This document shows positions 44,477-55,600 of a DNA stretch of 64,000 bases, in pieces; the stretch's first letter is position 1, and every line of letters starts with the position of its first letter. Location of the stretch: contig CP075492.1 of assembly GCA_021613535.1 (NCBI GenBank), forward strand, positions 9,920,001 to 9,984,000, read 5' to 3'. Source of the DNA: Adineta vaga (Eukaryota; Animalia; Rotifera). Both the position numbers and the translations under genes were made by a program. The notes beneath the pieces are model-generated. The model was not told the DNA's origin, ran no database searches, and was given only the letters and a program-made list of their open reading frames with translations.

Positions 44477-46505
44477 TTAGAACATCTTGATTAACAAAGA
44501 ATAAAAGCATTCTCCTTCGTCAAAGTTTTTTTCAATGAACGAATATGACGACCAATTACTTTTAGATGTTGACTTTTTATCTAAAAATGAATACGATATT
44601 ATCGTAAAATCTTTTAGAAGTCTTTTTCTTACGTTTACGATTTTCTGTGGAAATTTGACTAATGTATTGTTTACTAGAATCGGGTTCAATAGTGCCATTA
44701 TCGGGATTTTTCGTCTTTAAAGTAAATGCAAGACGCATATCAGCAAGATGATATGCCTTTTTAAATTCATCAGTCGTTTCAAATATGTCTGTAATTGGCT
44801 TTTTATCTATAGTAACAGAGTAATATACAATATAACATCAGTGAAGATATCATGTCTACATACTGCTTGCATTTTGTGGAGCAGAAAAGACCTTGAGTGG
44901 CTGGTCGCATTCCATTAATTCTTCATTTTTACATACAACGAGCATTAGGCGCAGTCTAAAATACACTGATATGACATTTATCTCATTAAATAGTGAACTA
45001 ATTACTTCAATTGATGAAATATTTCCGAGTACGATGATAAATTCGCTGCATTGTCAAGAGGAATGTAAATTGGATTGCCTCGTTGTGAGTAAGGATCAGA
45101 ATAATTTTTTGGAAGATTGAAATACGAATTAATATATGAAAATCCATTCACTTTTCTGGTGATAACAGAAATTTCTAACAAAGTTGAACACAAATCAGTT
45201 AGTAGATAACTTTTTGGTATCTGAAAGGAAATAAAATCGAATTTTTATATCAAATTTAATTACAGATAAACAAACCAATAGATTAAGAAAATGGTTGTTA
45301 TTTCGATCCGAAATACAACGTGGTGGTTTTTGCTTTGATGGATTGCTTTTTGAGGGCGTAAAATCACCTTTTGTACGACCGCGAAATTTACGCGGAGGTT
45401 CGACTTGAAGTTTCATTTTTGCTGTTTGATCCGAAGTTAAAGCTGCATCATCTGTTGATTCTAAAATCTCATTCGTGTATTTATTGATAGAATGGTTCGT
45501 TTTATACATACGTGATTCACTTGTCGAACAATCACTTTGTTCCATTAGGTCTGATTGATCTTGATTATGTTCTATGATATTCATTTTCATATATGAAATG
45601 TATAAACAGTTTAACTTACTCAATGGTGCTGTTTCTGTCTTACTATGTTTACGAACTTTTTCAGCTAGTAGTAAGTCTGCATACTCTATTAAATAGTGAG
45701 AATATTAGAAAGCAAATGAAAAAAATGAATATTCAATGGTTATTACCGGGTTCTTTTCGTTTGATTACTCTAATTTCCGAAGCCGATGTAGTAATCATTC
45801 CAGATAAATGTTCATCTTCATTGATTTCTGTGAAAAAAGAAACTAAAGTAAACGAAATCTAACAATATGTATTTACCTTTTGATGATGTTGGTGATTCAT
45901 CTGGTTGAAGAGCAGCATTATGATTTGGTTGTTCTAAATTATAATTTGAGAATAAGGTGCATGTTTTTTATACTACATTTCATCTTACCTTTTAGTTCTT
46001 TGACATATTTTTCGAAAAACTGTAACATCTTTGGATCATTTCGATCAAAGATTGTCTTTTTTTCGGTTGGGTTTTCCTCATCGACGAAATATAGAGGATA
46101 GTATTGGGTTTTTATTTCATCATAAAGCATGTAGACACAATCTTTAGTTGATTCGTACCCATCATTATAAGTTTTTTGTAAAGCATCGACATTCCCTTGA
46201 TCATCTTCTTTTATTGATACTAGTCGAATTATAATACCAGCTAATATCGACAGAGCTTGAAGTGCTAATTCCCCACTAGGTAACTTGCCCTTTTTGATAC
46301 GATTACAGTATTTTTGTATGCTTTCGCCACTACTTTTATGTTTTTCGACAATTGGATGTAATCTCTTACAAAGAAGAATACGATCAGCCAGCAACTCTAA
46401 CAAACGTTCTTTAGTTATTGTATTCAAACTAACATTGACATATTGAAACGCTGAATATAAACTGAAACGATTGTCTTCGACGAATCCACGATGAAATGTA
46501 GCCAT
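44477..46505 (-). CDS. Pseudo-OTU domain fused to a Rel-homology-like DNA-binding domain (about 9-10 exons; 3' end uncertain)
   Basis: Exon 1 (46505-45989) is paralogous to the neighbouring OTU but has DNRFSLY and QYYPL at the catalytic motifs. Later phase-compatible exons give KLQVEPPRKFRGRTKGD...LLEISVITRKVNG...LRLMLVVCK...YHLADMRLAFTL...YISQISTENRK, followed by a basic stretch. Confidence 0.65.
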
Positions 46506-47204
46506 CACAAAAAATGTTCAGCCCTTATATTGGAATTAAGAACGTTTACTGTAGCAAAACAAACTAATATTGCAGGTAGCGTTGTTTTGTGTAGTGAAAA
46601 AAGAACAAATCATATTCTTTATATATGCGTGCACGTCTTGCGAGAGAAAAAAAACCAGCATAAGAGAAAAATTTTGATCGTTCTTTCTTTTCGCTGAATC
46701 ATGGGGACGTCAAAAACCAACAAAAGTCGTAAGAAACGGCTGCCGATCGGAAATACATTGGTATGTGTAGGCTAAAAGATTTATTCTGTTTAAAAGTATA
46801 ACCAGTCTCTATTGATTCGAAGTTTTTCTTTCCTATCTATACCTGTTTGGTGAATGTTCCAGAAGGAATATAATTGCGTCGATAAGAGATGGATTTTTCC
46901 GACTCAGAAATAAAGATTTAGGTAGATGACCTTCAACTATGTAGGAATATAAAAGTAACTCAGTAACCACGACGATTTGAGAGTCACAAATATTCAAACA
47001 ATACGTTTTTTAGATTTAGTTAGTATTCTAAATAGAAGGGATTTTTTTATTTTTTTTGTTAGAACAAAAAAAAAGAAAAAGAAAACAAAGGGATAAGAAA
47101 CACATAAGATCATCGTATTAATGACTTGATTGTCATTTTCGGCTATCATATCACTTATTATGTCACTCGGAAAAAAATGAGTTTTATTGAGAGAAAAAGA
47201 ATGT

Positions 47205-48592
47205 TCATTTGGTTTTTGTTAATTCGTCGCAAGATTCAGACGTATCATGTACTTTTGTATTTGTATCGTATTGGCCTGAAGATTGTATGTCCATTTCAGA
47301 TGTGTCTTTCTGATCTTGCTGATTAGAAACTATTGAGAGGTTTGTCAGATCTTTTTGGTTTTCATTTGATTTATGGACTAGAGGTTCACTTTGTATTTCA
47401 TCTTGAATTGTCGTTGAATCATCGTTACATTCATCTAAAAAACGGTATTTATACAAAGTTTTTTTTTCCGTCATCAACTTACAACAAGCTGTTGAATTAT
47501 CAATACCAACTTTTGTACGCTTGTTCGAATCTAGAAATACATTCGTATGAGATAATACTATGTCCATTTCTAAGAGAGTACCGTAATATGTGTCAGATAT
47601 TTTTATTGGAATCATAAAATCATTCCTTGGAAGTGGTAAAATATTATCAAATTCTAAAAACATATACAAATGTAAGAAAAAACAATCAAACTTTCTCGGT
47701 TTCCATTACCGAGTTGTTTTCGTTTCATTGCAGAATCAATGGGCTTTCCGCGTATTGCAAACTATGATGAAAAAATTTGTTGAATATTTAATAAAATTAT
47801 GTTTTTACTATTGATTGCACATATTAATTCTTCAACATCACCCTTTGGACTTGTATCTAAGTTTATTATGCCTTCGTCTAAAATAGAAACAATTGAATTT
47901 TATTATCCATTTTACATATGAAGAAACTTACAATTGAATTTTTCTTTGAGAAATTCTTTGAGAAGTTCGACCATTGTAGTATCATTTCGTTCAAAAATTG
48001 TTTTTTTTTCATCTGAATTCTCTGTATTCACCATATATAAAGGGCTATAATGTATTTTGTTTTCTTCATACAAAATAAAAACACATTGTTCTGCTGCTCT
48101 ATTATCTTCACCATAAGATGAGGTAATGATTGTTCGCTTGCCATTTGTTTCTCTAATGAAGATGATACAAATTAATGTATCAAGTAAATCTGATAAAACT
48201 CTAAGTTCAACAGCACCAGCCAATAGCTTGCGCTTTGTAATTAATTCACAATAATGTTCAGCAGAATGAATTCGGTCAGCACTATTTTTAGCCAGTCCAG
48301 ATAATTCTTCATTTTCACGAATATAATTTGTCACTTGTTTGAGCATCTTTTCGATTATTTCCTTCATTTCTTTTTTCTTGAAAAACTGTCCATCAGTTAT
48401 AGCATCTGTTAAATATTGGTTCAATAAAGCACAATCAAACAGCGCTGAGAAAGCATCGGTGCTTAAATCTTCGTTGAGCATTCTCAGAATATATTGTTTG
48501 AATAGAAGAAGTATACACCAAAATAAACATGCACCATCACTAGCAACGATTCCACATCGGAACTTACGGTTATTGGTAGAGTCCTTATCCAT
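47205..48592 (-). CDS. OTU-family deubiquitinase-like protein with intact catalytic motifs and a low-complexity tail
   Basis: VASDGACLFW (D-G-x-C), AGAVELRVLSDLL and LYEENKIHYSPL (His box) in exon 48592-47932. The downstream small exons are less certain, with a phase problem near 47760. Confidence 0.72.
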
Positions 48593-49683
48593 ACTCGTTT
48601 GTTGTTAGCAGATGTACGAATTATATTATATCAATTGAACAAGGTACATGCTCTTTTATAAGCAGTGGTTAGAGACGTAGAAAAAAACAAGAGAACGAGA
48701 GAAAAAATAGAAGCCGCATGAGAGAAAGAAGAAGGAAAAAGGAAAAAGGATAAAAAAGTCGAAAAAGAAAGAAAAAACGTTATACTCTACGACTAACATG
48801 TATTTTATTGCCTTTTCAAGAAACGTACTACCAACATGTGAGTGCACCATGTGAATGTTGCTGATCTGGTTGACCCTACAAACGATGACTAAGCGATTGT
48901 GTATTTCAAAAGAAAGTATGCCATTTACGTGGCGTACATGTACCCGGAGATGGAAAAAAATTTCATCATAATATTTATACGCAATTCTTGTCTATTCTTG
49001 AAATAAAATTAGAAATTTCATTCCGAAGAAGAATTATAAGCACTATAGCTATATATGTATATTTGAGATCTGATTTGGATCGAATATTCTGGAACATTTA
49101 AAAAAGAATGATGATGCAGTTAAGGTGACCTGGGTTTTTCCAACTGTAGGTATTATATATAAATAGATGAGTCAGCACATAATCCATGAACGTAGTAGTA
49201 GTAGTAGTAGTAGTCATGGGAATAAATAAGATATTTTGACAATGATTTTTATTTGATTCTACGATATAGGAAGCAATACTGATTTATTGTTTATTATCCA
49301 CAATACAAAAAGACAAAACACATCATCACTGTTTACTAAAACATGTAAGAAGGCTAACGTAAAACAAAAAGAAAATGAGTAGGCACAAGAAGAAAAAGAA
49401 GAAGAAGAAGAAGAATGTACTGGTTCCTGATCATCACGAACTACAATGAGACAATATGACAATATAAATAAATAGGAATGTATAGCTTAGATAATTTCAT
49501 ATAGTAGCAAAAATATTTGAAAAAAACGGAATAGAAAAAAAAACAAGAACCGGTGTTTGTCATTTCTACACATACAAAAGACACAAGAAAAATTCCATTT
49601 TCATCATCATCATCATCATTAAGAAAGAAAAGTTAAAGCTCGAAAAAAAACACAACACGGAAGAAAAAGAAACGAAGATATTC

Positions 49684-52600
49684 TCAAAAATCATCAGCAG
49701 TTATATCGATACGAAAGGAAGAATTTGTTGAACGTGCTGGTGCTGTGGTTAAATAGAAATTTCCATTACTTTTCGATTGACGTACAGGACTATTAGTGGT
49801 AAATAGTTGAGTTCGTGATGAATCAAGAGTAGAAACAGTAAATGGATAATTGTTTCTCGATCTTGATGATAAAGAATCGTGAATATAACGTGTTTCGAAT
49901 GGTAGAGTATATTCATCTGTCGATGATTGTGTAATAACATTTTCTGTTCCCATATGAAGCAGTGGTGAACTAGATATAGGTGTTGTTCGTTGTTGTTGAC
50001 CATGATGAAGTGAAACTTCAAGAATATTTCCTGTATAATCAAGTCCATCCCGTTTCGGACTAAAGGAGAGTGACGAGAACGATGGGGACGTGGTAATGTA
50101 TCAGGTTGAATAACAACGGGCTGAGGAATGTATGTAGAAGTACGACGTGGTAATTGTCGAATTTGGGACTCATCAGGATATTCAAATTGATTCCGCTGTT
50201 CGTTTTCATCAATGGTTGGTGTTGTTTGAATATAACGATCAGCCATAAAGGGTTCATCGTCACATTGTGTATAATGATCAAAACTAACAATGAGTTCTGC
50301 CATGGTAGATTTATCATGCATAACAGGTGGTTCTTCTTCTTCATATTCTTCTTCTTCTTCTTTATCGTGTTCATCTCGATAATAGTCATTTCTTGTGGTA
50401 GGTTGTAGATGAAAGTTTTGAGGTGAATGATGTCTAGATGATGTCGAATGTAGTTCCGGAGAGTATAACCTTGTATCAGGTGTTAATGGACGATAATAGT
50501 TTGTTTGTTTTTTAGATCGTAAACTAGGTGTTGTACCTTTTTCATGTGTTGATCGAGGATCATATTGAACACCTGCATGCTGTTGACGTTTCATTGCATC
50601 AAGACTGGTATCTGTTTCTTGTGAACGCATTTGTGGTCGACGGCGACGAGTAACTGAATGTGGTCGACGTCGTGGAGATGATGTACGAGACTGATATGGT
50701 GATAATGTAGTACGATGGGGCGAATGATGACGAGGTGAACGATCTTTGAATCGTGAATCATAACAATAAACAGTTGTTTCTGGTGGTGGCGGTGATGGTG
50801 GTGAAGGTGGTGATGGAAATCTTCGTCTGGAATGTTCATAAGGTATTATGTCATGTTGACGATAAGAAATATCTTCTCTGTATGTTTGTGGAGATCGTGA
50901 AGAGGTTCTTGGATTTTTGTAAGATTCATCAACTGATGTTCGTCTTTGATCAGATCGTTCCCTAAAAGGTAAGCATGGTTTAGATGATTTTTCTTTTAAT
51001 GAAATTGATGTTTGTGTTGATGACGATTGTGGTTGAACTTCATGACCAAAATTGCGTGTTTCAACTGATTCATGCATTGTACCAACATTTCGTGTAGATT
51101 TTATTTCAGATTGAGTACTTTCATCAATACCTTTGGTTTTTTGTATATCATGTTTTGGTGTATTAGAACTACGGCTTCGTTGCATGTCTTCGGAGTCGTT
51201 GTCACCTTCTCTACTGTCGTCACCTGAATGAGTTTGATATGGTCCTGGTGTTCGTCGAAAACCTTGACGTTTACGAAAGTCTGTATCGATACCTATTAAT
51301 TCATCATCAAAACCAGTTGGTGATGTTGAAATCGGTCGAGGAATGTTATTCTTAGAGGAAAAATCGTGTGAAACGTTCGAGTGTATTGGTACAGTTGGTG
51401 GTTTGGGTACTAGAAATGAAAAACAAGAAAATCAAACTATTTAATAGTCAATATTGATAAAAGTAACGTTGCCCACGCAGACATTCCAATGTTTTATCAT
51501 CTATCTTCTTTCCCTTATTGACATTGTCCTTGTCATTATTATTATATGAAGTGGTTTCTTTTTCACATATGGTAGTTTATCATTAATATAAGACATGAAA
51601 AAAAAGAACAAAAATAGAATAGAATAGAAAATCTACTTAATCACAAAGAAAACAAAAGAACACCTTGAATTTAATGATTATTTTTTGGGTTTTTTCTTTC
51701 CATCTTGATTTATTTTACTTGATTTGTCGTCTTGCTTTCGACGTAGAATTCTGTCAAATATACTTGTACGTGATCTAGTACTTTTCGTTGATATACTCGA
51801 TGCCGGTGGACGATCATAATTAGTGGGTCCATTATTAGAACGGGACGCATCAGTAAATGGATTGTTATGTGGAACTGCACCGCTACCTGGAAGGAGTTTT
51901 GGAGTCGATTGAAAACGATCAGGATTCTCATTGCCATCAACATCATCGTCTGTATCGAGTTCATTAAAATTAAATTGATTTCTCTTATTATTTGCGTTGT
52001 TTGATGGGGCGGATTGATTTCTATTTATATACGGTTGGGCAGTTGATGTAGTACTAAGAGATATACTAGCTGGATAATCAGTTTTTTTCCATGGAGCTAT
52101 AACCACATCTTCATAATCCTTGTCCTCAACATTTGGATGATTAACTTTGTAGGTTTCACTTTCACTACGAGAACTTTGATTTGTAAATGATGATCTTTGT
52201 TTACTTAAAGTTGTTAATCGTTTATTCTCTGTAGTCGTTACAGGTGCTGGATTGGATGCAGTTTCATTCGTTGATGTTCCAGTATCGATAACCGTATGAA
52301 AAACGACATTATTAGGATTCGTCTTTTGTTCATGCTGACTCATTGGACGAGTGAAAGTTGGCTCTGGTGAGCGACTGAATACAAAACAACTGTTCTTCTC
52401 ATTTGGCGAGTTTTCATCATCATCATCATCATCGTCATCGTCATCATCATCATCTTTTTCTTCTTCTTCTTCTTCTTCTTCCGATGTGATATTTTCAGCT
52501 TTGGTACCAAAATAGTATCGAGTATTATACGAAGCAGGTAAGTATGACGAATGTCTCTTATTGGAAAGAGATAATTGACTCTGTGGACGTTGAAATTCAT

Positions 52601-55600
52601 ATAAATCATTTCTTGGTGATCGAAGAATATATAATGGTGGATTGGAAGTTGATGGATAATTGCTATACGTATTGTTTTGTGTTGGAGATACATTTACAGA
52701 AGCTAATCTTTGAATAGAACTAGCTGATGACGTACGAGTTCGTTGCTGTGCAATATGTTGTACTTCATTCGTTGCACGTTTTTGAACGTCAGCACGATCC
52801 ATTGTACCTCTGTATTCATAGGACGTGCGTGTATGTTTTGGTTTATAACTATAGATACTTCTATCATCTGATGGTTTTTTAGTTAATATAAAATCGCCTA
52901 TAACACGACGTTTTTCTTTTACAATTGGTTTTGATTTATCGCGTAGCGTACTTTGTTGAGATTCTTTTCTATAATGATGATTGAAATTTTCATAATCAGG
53001 ATCGAGTTGAGAATTTGAAGGTTGTTTCATTCGATATTTCGATGGTGTCAAAGTATATTCTCCTTTATGAAAACCGAATTGATGATCGCTGATATTAACT
53101 TCTGGAAAAACATTAGGTAGTTGTGCACGTTTTGTTAGACGATATTTGCTTGGAGTTAAATATCTGATATTTCCACTAGTGAAATAATCAAAATTGGAAC
53201 TGTCATTTGTAAAATCCACATTAGAAGTTGCATGATTATCTTTCAATAACCTCAATCGAGACATGATTTTTTCGGAAAATCAAACTGCTCTATTGCTGTT
53301 TTCGATAAAAACAAGGTGACCTGAAGAATAGAACGAATTGATTTCTATCAAGCCAAACCAAGCCAAGTATTGATATTGATTTATATCACCTACTCACAGA
53401 TCAATAGAATTAATCGAACAGCAACAGTAGCAGTAATTACGACCAGAATTCGATTGATGATAACAAAGTTACACTTTCGTAAGAAAAAATGATAAAAAGA
53501 AGAAATCTACGTTGATAGAAATATAACAAAAGTGTGTATAATTTGATAACACGAAAAAAAACCCGAATTCACGCGACAAAGACAGATAACAACAGGTAGA
53601 GAGAGAGAGAGAGAGCGCAAAGGACATAAAAAACGAATATCTTATAAAATAAATAAACTTACCAACAACTATGTCTTGCCATTGTGTTCGTATATCAGGC
53701 GATTCAACACTGGCAACACAAACTTGATATCTTCCAGCTAGAAAAAAAAGAATTGATAGAATGACAACGAGAAGAATATTTCAAAATGAATACGAACGAG
53801 TCTGAATAGAATAATCAGGAAAATCAACTAATGAACGACCTTGAATTGGTTCGAGATCTCTTAAAAGTACTGTTCTGATATTTGAACTATTTTCATCTAA
53901 AATCAAACAGTAAATAAAGAAAATTGAGTAGTCAACAAACAAAATCTCATACCTTTTTCTTCTAGTCGAACTCGATCTGTTAATCCTATGTCACCAGCTG
54001 CACTAAATGTTTGTATTTTTTCACCAGCAATAACTCTCGACGGAGGCGTATTAAACCATTCCAAATATGTTAATATCGGTTCTATAAATTGATCGATTAA
54101 AATAATCATCTGATTATTTTTCATTTCTTTCTACTTACGTTGCAAAGATTCTGTTAATCGAATAAATCGAAAATGATCATTTACATCCAAATATTTATCC
54201 TGAATAAAACAATACTCTAAAGATTCTTCATTACATACCGAATAAAACTTACAGATGAATTCAAAATTTCGTCACGTTTTTCATCCAATGTTTCCAAATC
54301 ATTGATATCCTTTTTACAAGAAATAAACAAATTCAATTCAATTTGTTCTATTTGAAATAACGTAATTTCTTACATTCACTAATAATGTCTGAAGACTTCG
54401 TTCAAGTCCATGTTCTCGTAATAAATTAACTAGACGCATATCTACTCCATAAAATCCAATTCCTTGTATACGAATATCATTACCACCATAATTATCCGCT
54501 ATAAATACTCGAATAAAACGTGTTTTTAATGGTGCAAAAAAGATATCCATCTTATTTCCTTCTAGAAAATAGATTGACAATATTCAACTATGATTATTAT
54601 TATTATTATTGAAAATTTATCAAAAATTCATACGAGATAATGAACAAGTAAAATCTTTGACTTTCAGCCAAGGACCATTGAAAGCATTAGATACATCAAT
54701 ATGACCATTTTTTGGTGTGGATTGATTTTCACTAGATAGAATTGAAATAATTCAATAAAATAAAAAGTCATTTTTTTCTTCTTTTTACCATCCAATGATT
54801 CTCATTCCACTTATATTAAATTGATGTTTTAAATCAAAAATAACCCAAGCATCTTTCGATTGTGTACAACACCAATAAGTTCCACTTGATGCTAGAAAAC
54901 AAAACAACAAGTTCTATTGTTATATAAAAGAATAATGTTGAAATTCACCATCAAGAAGGTTTTGTACAGATGAATTGACGTCTGTTTGACTTCGAAATTC
55001 TTCACTATCTAGTGTCCAATTTGGATGACTACGAAGTAATGGATGTACATATGGAATAGTATTGGCTTGAAACAAAAAACAAATAAATTACAAAATCGTT
55101 CGAAACATTTTCATAAGAAAAGAAAAACATGCCATTTCCGTTGAAACGATATGAGCAGCGATAGCAGTGAAAATTAATAGAAAAAACTATTAATCAGTGC
55201 AAAATATACAAAAACACAATGACATGCTCATGCAGTAGTGATGAACACTTACTAGTTAAGAAGTGGTTTATATAAAGGCTAAAAGTCATATGTGTTAGTT
55301 GGATTGAATTTTTAAAACACACAAAACACACGAAGGGTGATTCACTTGTCTCTCTCTCTCAATAAACAATACCTTGGATAATACTAGTTGCATATTTTGG
55401 AAATTCTGATGGTCCTAATCGTGATGTATCTAAAATTTGAATAAGAAAAGAAGAGATTATTAAAATAAAACAAACATCAAGAATGAAATCGAAGGTGTGG
55501 AGAATTTCATTGATGAAGAAGAAGGAAAAGATGGTAATTAATGTGTGTAAATACAAGTAGTCAAGAAATCAATCACAAAGGAGCAGAAGATCAAACAATA

